Of a stretch of DNA of 64,000 bases, positions 20,702 to 30,208 are shown one piece after another. Below the pieces are notes generated by a model that was not told where the DNA came from, ran no database searches, and worked only from the letters and a program-made list of their open reading frames with translations. Within the stretch, counting starts at the first letter, position 1. Each line of letters begins with the position of its first letter. The translations under genes and the position numbers were made by a program. Source of the stretch: a virus. The stretch spans positions 1-64,000 of the IMG/VR virus record IMGVR_UViG_3300043409_002154; one strand, 5' to 3'.

Positions 20702-23700
20702 TTATATAAAAACATTTTCAGAATTAACCCATTTTTTATTAAATAAATCAATAGCCGTTTTTCCTTTTTTTAATCCAAAATAAAAATAAAAAGGTGTTCC
20801 AAACGTTACTAAATTATTGTTATCACTTGGACTAGTTGAATTGTTTTTTGACCATGTACTAACACTATTATTAATAGTAATACCTGTACCTGGTCCTACC
20901 GCTACCCCATAAATATAACCCTTAAAAAAATTAGTTTTTGTCTCTATATTTGTTTTAAAAAATCTCGATTGTGTTTCCAACCTATCTAAAGATTGGTATT
21001 TATATGAAAAAAATGTTTCGGTGTCTCCAGTTGTTGTTGTAACAAGCCCTGTATACCAATCATTTGTTTCATTACCAAAAATAAATGGTGTGGGTGACGC
21101 ATCTAACATTTCTTTAATTTCCCATTGATACATAGGGATTTTTTGTGAAAAATTAGATAATTCGTTAAATGCACAAAAACTATTTGGTACGTCTCCATTA
21201 ATTAATGTTCTACGTGGCGATACTAAATCTCTTATTTCCAAATCAGATTCATAAAACACACCAAAAGTTGGACCAATGTTAGAATAAAATATTGGTTGAC
21301 TAGTAAATCCAGTATTATTCCCATAATTAGCCTCATCAAAAGGAGATACTCCAACTTGAGAATTAGTAGCGACCATTTGAGCATAATCCCCATCAATATA
21401 TAATGACCTTGAAAAAAAACCAGTTATTAAAAAACTAAATGATTTTGTAACTGTTCTACTTAATATAAATAAATTAAGTAAAGGTTCAACATCACTAAAA
21501 CTAGTTTTATTTAAATTAGTAATATTATACCCGTCTAAATCGTCAGACATGACAATCTCTTGTAAATATTTTGACCTAGGTCCCAAGTCCATAATTGTTG
21601 TTGGGAATTTAATAAATTTATCGTTTCGACCTCCACCAGGCGACTGATTGTTAATACCTATAAACGCACCATCTTCATTTGTATCACCTTTTAAAAATGG
21701 ACTTGACCTATAATAAAATTCATTTGTTTTAGAATGTAATCTTACAGTGTCCTTACAATATCTACTATATGGAAAATTCGCACTAAAAAATACACCATAT
21801 TTTGTTAAATACGGATTTGTTGGGGTTACTTTCTCAAAAATTATACTAGCATTTACAATTTTTTTTGTAAATATCGGAGTAAATACCCTGTCATTTTTAA
21901 TTGGAAACGCAAATAAAGTACCGTTAATCCAATTATTTCTAAAAACATGACCAAAAACATTTCGACATGCGGCATAATTTACATTTATTCTATTTCTCCA
22001 TTCATATAAAAGTTCTAAATCTTTAGTTAAAGTCTTCCAAACTTGAGTTATTAATACATAACAACCCCCTTTCATTATTTTATCGGTTACTTCGGTACCA
22101 ACTCCATTATAAAAACAAGCGTTATTTGGTGGTAAAACCCCAATCGTATTATTGCCAGTTGTGTAACAATCTAATGGAACTAACCCATCGCAAGTTGTGG
22201 TTGCAAGTGCACTAGTTGCAAAATTTTCTCCAGCATCGTCTTGTCCTGAAGCAAAACCAATAGGTATTTTTGGAGCTCCTCCTAAAGAAAACGAAAGTCC
22301 ATTTTCATCAAGTAAATACGCCGTAAAAGATTGATTAGTGTGTAACGTAAAACTACTATTACCCCCATATGAACTATCTACTTTATTTTCAGTAGTTGAT
22401 GTTGGTAACCTATCAGACCTCATAATTAATTTACTAGTGGCTTCAGTTATTTTAATTTCAATAACATTATCTTTACTATATGTTGGAGAATAATAATACC
22501 CCTCGTAAGCCCATTTACCAACACCATTTAAATATTCCGTTTGATTTTGATAACCATTATTTCCTGTGTTATATTTATTTTTAAGTAACATAACCCCACC
22601 ACCTTCTAAAAATTCATTTGAATAATACCCTCTATTTAATGGTTCTCTATTAATAAAAACAGAATACGCGTCTTTTATTGGGACCCCAGATGCCGTATTT
22701 TCTTTATATATCACATTAAAACTTGAAGGAATTCCGTAGTTAGTCCCCATATCAAAAATAGTGGTTCCAGTTTGAGTATGATTTTGATTTGGGAGTAATA
22801 CTGGTGAAGGAAACTCAGTTTTAGATGAAGTAAAAAATTTCATAGTAAACACTCCTTTTAATGGTGTTTGCCAAGAAATCGCCATTTCTTTTGTAGGTCT
22901 ATTAACTTTTAAAATAACATCACTTGGTGTTCCATTTGTACCACTATCAAACGTCACTTCAATTTGATTAACAGTTTTTAAAGTAATATTTGGCATAAAA
23001 ATTATACCAGAACCACTATCAAATGCGTCAATGGACACATTAAATGTTTTATAATATATTTTACCGTCACTATTAATCCAACACACAATTAATTCTTTAG
23101 AAAGAGGGTTAAAATCTAAAGAAAACGATGTTACAGTATCAGTTGTTAATATTTCACTACCATTAAAATAAGTTCCAACGTTATCCGCACTTGTAGGACC
23201 AAAAGTTTTTACTAAATTTCCATTGTAATCAAAAACACTAAAATATAATGTAGAATCACTAGTTTTTCTATATCCACAAGCGTAAAGATTTACAATGTCT
23301 GAAAACCCAACACCAAATGAACGAATTAAATCAGATTCGTTATATATTGTTATTTTTGTTATATCAACAGGGAATGTAGAAATAGGTAAAAACACACTTA
23401 AATTTGGAAATGTATCAGGACTAAGTTGACCTGTTACATATCTTTGAGCTCTATTTATAAACATTAATACTGGAACCCCTTGAGTTAGTGGTGTTCCTCC
23501 AACACTCATATCTGAATATGATGGAACAGGAAACATTAAAATAATTCCGCTACTGAGATAATCCACTTCAATATCAAAATCAATAAATGAACTATTACCC
23601 CCATTATTTAAATAACCAACATCTATTAAACTCTCACCTAAAAAATTAACAGATGGCGTAAGAGTATTAGGAAGACTCACATCAAAATTAGAATTCCAAA

Positions 23701-26700
23701 AAGATATGTTAAGTTTATTAAGTGATGGGGCACTATAAGAATCTAATTTAACAATTGCAACTTCATCCCATTTAAAAGTTAAAATTTTAATTTTTGAAAT
23801 TATAATATTAATATTTGGTGGCCTGTCATAATATAATAATTTTGAATTTACAAATGACGTACTTTCATTTCGTATTGTTATTCTAGCAACTGTTGAGGCT
23901 GAAGGCGTATATGGTGTATTATCTAAACTATACGCAACTAAAGAATAACTTTTATGCGAATATAACGAATCTCTAATATATGTGTTTCCAATGCCAAAAC
24001 CAATGTTAGCCCAATAACCATTTGCAACAGCGGTTATTGTTCCATATGTTGCTCCAGTAGTACGATAAGGACGAACCGCATAATTGTAAGGAGCGTTAAT
24101 ATTCATATTACTAGGACTTGGTTTAACACAAGACCCCCATAAATCATAATTCCAACTTGAGCCTGTAGTCGCTACTATCCAAGTCGGATTAAAATCAGCA
24201 CATGGCCAACACGCTCCACTTCCACCTGGGGCCGCTATTGACAAATCCAACTCAATTTGACGTTTAAATTCTCTAACAAAATTATTAGATTGGTTAGGTA
24301 AACAATTTGTTTCTCCATTATAATCTTGAATTGCCTCACTAAATGGTGGAGTACTAATTAAATTATCCGGCTTATAAATATTATTACCTCCAGAAGGGGT
24401 AAGTTTATCAAAACTAGAATAATACATTGGTAAATTAGTTGTGTATGAACTAAACGATGCGTTTCCGGAAAACGCTGGTTTAAATCTGAATGAATCATGA
24501 TAGAGTGTACCACTAGCTTCATTTAAATCAATATCAGGGTCTAAATTACTTGAAATACTATGACTAATACTATTAATATTACCTTTTATTGGGTGATTTA
24601 AATAATAATAATCCTCAATTATTAATTGGGAACGTTTCCCCCATTCTTCATCTGAATTATACCCAAATAACCATGATAAATCATATTTGTTTTTTTGTTT
24701 TGTTGAATTTGGGTCAACACCTCTAACACATATAACAACACCTTGTTTTTTACCATCAGAAATCGCACCTAAAGAATTAACTGTGAACGCGCTAGATGCT
24801 TGATAATCCCAACACCCATAATCCGTTTTTAATATTTCAAACTTATTAGAATTACCTAAATAACGCCTGTTTAACGTTACTTCTGTTTCATTAGGATTAC
24901 ACATTCCTGAAAACGTATTGTAAGTCATTGCAGTAATAACCATAAAATACTCAATATCGGTCGCAAATTTTGCGTACATATCCCCCTGTTCTTGTGGTAA
25001 AAAATAATCAACGCCTAACTCTCCGCTACCATCTGGATTTGCATATGTTATATTAATAATAGAATTATTACCAGTATTAATCGCTGTTCCTGTTACACTA
25101 AGACTACCATATTGATTTAAGTCGGTAAGACCGTTCAAATTATTATCCCCTGAATTAATAGGATTTTGAAAAGACAATAATTGTCCAGGTTTAAGTTTTT
25201 TTAATTGGTCATCATTAAGTAATAATGTTAAAGTATTATCATAATGAAATTTATTAGGTCCCCCATTTAAATCACTACCAAAAGTAACTTTAATACGGTT
25301 AACCCCTAATCCATGATAATTATTTAAATTTTCATTAAAATATTTTGATTTAAGATTAAACAAGTTCATTCTTTCACTTATTGGTAAACTTAATGAAAAC
25401 GCCACTCTTTTATTAATAACAGGATTTTGTGACCTTACACTCCAATAAAAATAGTCAACGTTTTCTCCAATTTGATAAGATTGTGGTACTCTTGTTTTAG
25501 AATTTACGAGTAAATTGCTATCATTTTCTATTCCAGAAATTATCGCTGAAACTTTTGTATTTTGTTCCCTATAAAACATTGAAGTCGGTGTCGTACCAAT
25601 AGTAGCGGTTCCTCCAGATATCACAGGCGCCATTAATAATGTTTTACTAGGAAGATTTGGTATAAAATTCTTTGTTTTGTTAAAAATTAAACCTAATGTA
25701 ATAGGAGCCAAAAAACTATTTTTATTTAATTGTTGAGCAACTATTTTTTGAACACCAAGTTCAGGGTCATTTTCAACTGAACTTACGTCATTACCAGGAG
25801 TTGATTCCCCAACAGAACAATCACAAAGTTCACAATCAGGATATGTTAACATTGGAACTTGAACGTTCTGAAATTTTTTATAAAGGTTTTCTATAAAATC
25901 AGCCCAAGCTGTTAAAGCATCGGCAGCGTCATCACACCAAGTAACATTTTGCAAATCTTTAAGAGGATACCAACCGTCATCACAAAATGCTACACAACCC
26001 TTATAAACGGCTATATCTATATTTATCGCGGCAAATCCAATACCTCTTAAATTTTCTAATATTATATCATTTATAAAATCACAAATTAATCTTAAAATCT
26101 TTACTATAACACGAAGTACAAAACCAAGAAATTGACCAAGAATTTTAACAAGTATACCTACAATGTGAAAAATAAGGACAATAACATTCATTACTATATA
26201 TGAAACAAGAAGTAAAATTGAAAATAACAAAAATATAATGTCAAATCTATATTGACCATCGTTTACTGGAAATTTATTATTTTCACTTGCACATTCAGAA
26301 TTAAGAATATGTTTGATAGCGATTTTTCTATTTAATAAAACCCCACTATTATAACTGTCCATCATTTGGGAAACAGTGTAAACTTTATTATATGTTAATT
26401 CATAAAAATAATCTTCACATTTAATCGCCACTTCTGGGTCAGGATAATCATTCCAATCAGTACTAAACGAGTATGATTTTTCGGCTAGTGCTGCCGTTTC
26501 ACTATAATTTAAAAATTCTGGATTAATAACTTGAATTGCTCCATTATTTTCATTAAATGGGTCTTCATTTTCTGTACTCCAATATTCTCTAACATTAGGC
26601 ACTAAAAAATATCCTCTTTTAATAGGTTCAGATAAAGTATCCCCTTGAGCCCATTTAATTTTAAAACGATATTTTCCTTTAGTTGGAATACCAACGTTTG

Positions 26701-27757
26701 GGTCAGGAGAAATTACTTGTTCTCCAAATTCATTAGTTATAACATAATCTAAATTCATTGGCACGTCTATCATCCAAGCCCCATTGTCATCAATGACTTG
26801 ACCACCTTGTTCTAAATCATAAAACTCTAACCCAGGATAACCAGTGTTAGGGTCAATAAATAAAGTTTGTCTTAAAGATTGAATAATCCCTGGTCCGGCA
26901 ATTAAACTACATTGGTCTCCTAAATTTAACTTTGGTTTACAATTTCTTTTTTGGTAGTCCTCGTCATTACCAGTAATTAACGACCCCATGAATATTGAAG
27001 TTGGCGTTATTTGGATTTTAGTTTCTTTTGTTAAATCAAAATCAACTCTATTAACCCCTAAATTACAAATTTCAGGTTGCCCCCAAAGTGGTTGCACATC
27101 TACAGCTTTATTTAATGAGATAATTTGAGGTAATTCGTTTAAATTTTCAGACGCATTAAATTTAACCCCCGCCACTTGTCCAGGAGTTGCAATACCCATC
27201 CTAATTAAATCTTGCGGAGCCAATGAAAATTCACCAATGTCTGATAAATCAATATCAACATGAATAGTATAAGTCCCAATTGGAGCCCCAAAAATCATAT
27301 AGTCACCACTAGAGTTTGTTGATGCGCAATATTTATAATATTTATCGTAAACTTCAATTAAAGTCGGTGAAGTTAATACATCTTCCCTATCAAAAAAAGT
27401 ACCTGTTGGATTATGAGCAGAATATGATTTTTTATACGGTAATAAATTATACCGATAACCGTCAGCATTCTGGTCGGTTATTTTTTCATAAGGATATAAA
27501 TCATAAATTAACGGATTTAATTTATCTTGTTCTGAAACAGGTATAAATATCGATACTTTAACGTTAGGTATTCCATACCCACCATTAACAGTTAATCTAC
27601 CTACAATAACACCATAGTCAGCACAAGGCCTTGTATAAATTTGTTCTTGTAAAATTTTAAGTGATAAAATTTCTAAATATTCAAAGTCTTGGTCTAACTG
27701 AACACTAAGATAACTATCAACACCAACTTTAGTTCGTAATCTGTAAGAATTTGCCAT
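20702..27757 (-). CDS. 2351-aa baseplate-associated protein with an N-terminal prealbumin/carboxypeptidase-regulatory-like segment and a long hydrophobic stretch
   Basis: GVIVGRL...GIPNVKVSIF...STNSSGDYMIFGAPIGTYTIHV pattern; hydrophobic run at about aa 505-560. Confidence 0.65.
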   Translation of the reverse strand: MANSYRLRTKVGVDSYLSVQLDQDFEYLEILSLKILQEQIYTRPCADYGVIVGRLTVNGGYGIPNVKVSIFIPVSEQDKLNPLIYDLYPYEKITDQNADGYRYNLLPYKKSYSAHNPTGTFFDREDVLTSPTLIEVYDKYYKYCASTNSSGDYMIFGAPIGTYTIHVDIDLSDIGEFSLAPQDLIRMGIATPGQVAGVKFNASENLNELPQIISLNKAVDVQPLWGQPEICNLGVNRVDFDLTKETKIQITPTSIFMGSLITGNDEDYQKRNCKPKLNLGDQCSLIAGPGIIQSLRQTLFIDPNTGYPGLEFYDLEQGGQVIDDNGAWMIDVPMNLDYVITNEFGEQVISPDPNVGIPTKGKYRFKIKWAQGDTLSEPIKRGYFLVPNVREYWSTENEDPFNENNGAIQVINPEFLNYSETAALAEKSYSFSTDWNDYPDPEVAIKCEDYFYELTYNKVYTVSQMMDSYNSGVLLNRKIAIKHILNSECASENNKFPVNDGQYRFDIIFLLFSILLLVSYIVMNVIVLIFHIVGILVKILGQFLGFVLRVIVKILRLICDFINDIILENLRGIGFAAINIDIAVYKGCVAFCDDGWYPLKDLQNVTWCDDAADALTAWADFIENLYKKFQNVQVPMLTYPDCELCDCSVGESTPGNDVSSVENDPELGVQKIVAQQLNKNSFLAPITLGLIFNKTKNFIPNLPSKTLLMAPVISGGTATIGTTPTSMFYREQNTKVSAIISGIENDSNLLVNSKTRVPQSYQIGENVDYFYWSVRSQNPVINKRVAFSLSLPISERMNLFNLKSKYFNENLNNYHGLGVNRIKVTFGSDLNGGPNKFHYDNTLTLLLNDDQLKKLKPGQLLSFQNPINSGDNNLNGLTDLNQYGSLSVTGTAINTGNNSIINITYANPDGSGELGVDYFLPQEQGDMYAKFATDIEYFMVITAMTYNTFSGMCNPNETEVTLNRRYLGNSNKFEILKTDYGCWDYQASSAFTVNSLGAISDGKKQGVVICVRGVDPNSTKQKNKYDLSWLFGYNSDEEWGKRSQLIIEDYYYLNHPIKGNINSISHSISSNLDPDIDLNEASGTLYHDSFRFKPAFSGNASFSSYTTNLPMYYSSFDKLTPSGGNNIYKPDNLISTPPFSEAIQDYNGETNCLPNQSNNFVREFKRQIELDLSIAAPGGSGACWPCADFNPTWIVATTGSSWNYDLWGSCVKPSPSNMNINAPYNYAVRPYRTTGATYGTITAVANGYWANIGFGIGNTYIRDSLYSHKSYSLVAYSLDNTPYTPSASTVARITIRNESTSFVNSKLLYYDRPPNINIIISKIKILTFKWDEVAIVKLDSYSAPSLNKLNISFWNSNFDVSLPNTLTPSVNFLGESLIDVGYLNNGGNSSFIDFDIEVDYLSSGIILMFPVPSYSDMSVGGTPLTQGVPVLMFINRAQRYVTGQLSPDTFPNLSVFLPISTFPVDITKITIYNESDLIRSFGVGFSDIVNLYACGYRKTSDSTLYFSVFDYNGNLVKTFGPTSADNVGTYFNGSEILTTDTVTSFSLDFNPLSKELIVCWINSDGKIYYKTFNVSIDAFDSGSGIIFMPNITLKTVNQIEVTFDSGTNGTPSDVILKVNRPTKEMAISWQTPLKGVFTMKFFTSSKTEFPSPVLLPNQNHTQTGTTIFDMGTNYGIPSSFNVIYKENTASGVPIKDAYSVFINREPLNRGYYSNEFLEGGGVMLLKNKYNTGNNGYQNQTEYLNGVGKWAYEGYYYSPTYSKDNVIEIKITEATSKLIMRSDRLPTSTTENKVDSSYGGNSSFTLHTNQSFTAYLLDENGLSFSLGGAPKIPIGFASGQDDAGENFATSALATTTCDGLVPLDCYTTGNNTIGVLPPNNACFYNGVGTEVTDKIMKGGCYVLITQVWKTLTKDLELLYEWRNRINVNYAACRNVFGHVFRNNWINGTLFAFPIKNDRVFTPIFTKKIVNASIIFEKVTPTNPYLTKYGVFFSANFPYSRYCKDTVRLHSKTNEFYYRSSPFLKGDTNEDGAFIGINNQSPGGGRNDKFIKFPTTIMDLGPRSKYLQEIVMSDDLDGYNITNLNKTSFSDVEPLLNLFILSRTVTKSFSFLITGFFSRSLYIDGDYAQMVATNSQVGVSPFDEANYGNNTGFTSQPIFYSNIGPTFGVFYESDLEIRDLVSPRRTLINGDVPNSFCAFNELSNFSQKIPMYQWEIKEMLDASPTPFIFGNETNDWYTGLVTTTTGDTETFFSYKYQSLDRLETQSRFFKTNIETKTNFFKGYIYGVAVGPGTGITINNSVSTWSKNNSTSPSDNNNLVTFGTPFYFYFGLKKGKTAIDLFNKKWVNSENVFI

Positions 27758-27842
27758 GGATATTAAAAAAAATCTTTCAATGATAAATACTTACGTATCT
27801 ATTTTCATTAAAAGATAGTCTGATATCTTACAAAATAAATTG

Positions 27843-29681
27843 TTATGAAAATTTAATATTCGTTAGGTTTTGAACTCTAACGTTTATGTCTTTAGTTGGG
27901 AATCTAATTTGATATGTTTGACTTGATTCTGCAAATATAGTGTCACTTATCAATTCAATTTCTTTTGTAACCGAATCTTTATATCTTTGAGATGTTTGTG
28001 ATGATGAATATAACCCTCCAACTTTATTAAAAAAACTTATACTTGATATGGATATTACACCGTTTTGATTTTGTATGTTTCTTCTAAGTTCCGACACATT
28101 TACATTTTGACCCATTTGTCTATTTCCACTAGAAAAGAAATTTGAAATTTCGTTCGCTATTGATGAAATTACAGTTCCTTGATTTTGAGTGTTATCAAGA
28201 ATGACATCAATTAATACCCCTAAATCAATAACATTTGCAGATTCAATTGATATATAATCATTTATCATTCTATAATTAGATAAATAATTTGCTATATTAC
28301 TTTTAAGAGTGTTTGAAACAGTTTCAGTTAACGTTCCATTCTCGTCATAAGATAACATTTTTATTTTAATTTTATTATTTTCTTCAGTAATACTTACTTT
28401 TGCCGGAGCACCAAATTGTGATGGCATTGTTCTTATTAATGATTCATAATCATTAATTGTAACTGCTCTATTTTGAGCAGAAAAATTATAACTAACTAAA
28501 TTCCTAACTTCTTCTAAAGTAGGTGTATTAGCACCGCCAATAGCAGCAGTAACGTTAGTACAACTTAATGAATTAACAACACTTGTATTTACAGATGATG
28601 ATGGTCCGTTAACTGAAAAATTAACAGTTCCTATTTGATTAATGACATTAACCCCAACATTTGTTGAAATCCCACCACCAATTCTATATTGAATAAATAA
28701 AGTCGTATTTGATTTAAGTGTACTACCTAAAGCAAAATTATTTGAATATTTATATAAATCCAAACTATACCCATTTCTTGCAAATTCATTTAATTGTTCA
28801 TCAGCAGATTGACTCCCACCTCCAAAAGTCATTTTTAAAAACCCTTCAGGTGTAAACTCAGTAATAAATTTATTAGAAACCGATATATATTTTCCAATTT
28901 TTATTCCAGGATTGTCTGAAACTTTAGTTGGGTCTTCAATAAAAACTTTATCTTCAATTAACGCATTTACCTCATACCACCTTTCATTAATTGTCATAAA
29001 ATCTTGACTACTAGGTATGTTTGTAAATTGAGTCCCATCTTTTAAAATAACGCTGGTGATACCTAAAACATTTTTTTCAGGTAAAAATAATTCAAAAAAT
29101 GGTTTTACGTCATTTGACGTTATAACTCGTTTAAAAACTTTTGTAAGTCCATTTACAACGGTTTCTCGTTTTTTAATCGTATAGTTAAGTAATTTACCAT
29201 TATCATCAAAATTAGGAATTTTAATTCTATTAGGAAAACCATCACTTCCAGTTGCAGATGCAAAATCAATATCATAAACAGATTCAAATATCTGTCCACC
29301 ACCTATAACTTGAGAACCTCTTCTTAATATTCCACAATAACTTAAATCTTCATTATCTCCAAGAGGTGGTACCGTAATTGAAAAATCAACTAAGGCAACT
29401 GAAGGTCTTTGTCCTGGTATTTTTAAACCATATGTTCTAGCAATATTGTAAATTGATGAAGTTTGTTGAGCGTATTGTAATACAGTTTCTTGAATACTTC
29501 TATCAATATTAAATTGTAAATTATCAGTTACCGCAGCGTTTAAATCCATTAACGCTGAAAAAATAGACGCGTCGTTAAAGTTTTGGATTAAATCAGGATA
29601 GTAAGTCTTAGTAAAATTAATTAACTCTTGTCTTATCCCTTGATAATCTCTTGTTACATATGATATTTTTTTGTTTGCCAT
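27843..29681 (-). CDS. Baseplate wedge protein, T4 gp6/baseplate J-like
   Basis: ISYVTRDYQGIRQELINF, SIYNIARTYG, YRIGGG, AQNRAVTINDY motifs; adjacent to the gp25-like gene. Confidence 0.85.
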   Translation of the reverse strand: MANKKISYVTRDYQGIRQELINFTKTYYPDLIQNFNDASIFSALMDLNAAVTDNLQFNIDRSIQETVLQYAQQTSSIYNIARTYGLKIPGQRPSVALVDFSITVPPLGDNEDLSYCGILRRGSQVIGGGQIFESVYDIDFASATGSDGFPNRIKIPNFDDNGKLLNYTIKKRETVVNGLTKVFKRVITSNDVKPFFELFLPEKNVLGITSVILKDGTQFTNIPSSQDFMTINERWYEVNALIEDKVFIEDPTKVSDNPGIKIGKYISVSNKFITEFTPEGFLKMTFGGGSQSADEQLNEFARNGYSLDLYKYSNNFALGSTLKSNTTLFIQYRIGGGISTNVGVNVINQIGTVNFSVNGPSSSVNTSVVNSLSCTNVTAAIGGANTPTLEEVRNLVSYNFSAQNRAVTINDYESLIRTMPSQFGAPAKVSITEENNKIKIKMLSYDENGTLTETVSNTLKSNIANYLSNYRMINDYISIESANVIDLGVLIDVILDNTQNQGTVISSIANEISNFFSSGNRQMGQNVNVSELRRNIQNQNGVISISSISFFNKVGGLYSSSQTSQRYKDSVTKEIELISDTIFAESSQTYQIRFPTKDINVRVQNLTNIKFS

Positions 29682-29688
29682 TATATTA

Positions 29689-30147
29689 CTAAATATTGAT
29701 AATTACAAAATCACTAGATGCAAAACTATCGGATGTAACTTGATAATCAATTTTTATTTTTGCAGTGTGTTCTTTTTCCGCAATCCCAGGAACGGTGAAT
29801 GTTTTTTCTCCGTTAGCATCAACATAAGTGCCTTTATTTTCTTCACCATCAGATGCTGCGGTAATTGAAATATTTTGTAAAGTTAATTGTGGTAAATATT
29901 CCCCAACAGTTTCCCGTATTTCAAATTCAATTTGTGAAAATGTTTGAGCGTCAATAGGTTCGAAAATATATTCATATAATCTAGTCCCAAAATTAGGCAT
30001 GTAATATCTAGTACCTTTTCTTGTTAATAACAAATGTATTAAATTACTTCTTACTTCTTCATCAGAAGTAAATGTTAAACTTAAATAATCTCCGTATTGA
30101 GAGTCATTAAATGGGAAACTAACACCATATGTTTTTCCAAACGCCAT
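29689..30147 (-). CDS. Baseplate wedge protein, gp25/GPW-like
   Basis: VRSNLIHLLLTRKGTRYYMPNFGTRLYEYIFEP is the typical gp25 signature. Confidence 0.9.
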   Translation of the reverse strand: MAFGKTYGVSFPFNDSQYGDYLSLTFTSDEEVRSNLIHLLLTRKGTRYYMPNFGTRLYEYIFEPIDAQTFSQIEFEIRETVGEYLPQLTLQNISITAASDGEENKGTYVDANGEKTFTVPGIAEKEHTAKIKIDYQVTSDSFASSDFVIINI

Positions 30148-30208
30148 TAATGATAAATATAGTGTCGTCTTTTTTTATGCGAGATAGAAAATATAAATTT
30201 AAACTATC

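Noticed and set aside
27783-27830. Weak inverted repeats here and at 30182-30209
   Set aside because: Short AT-rich stems without a clear U-tract; expected by chance.
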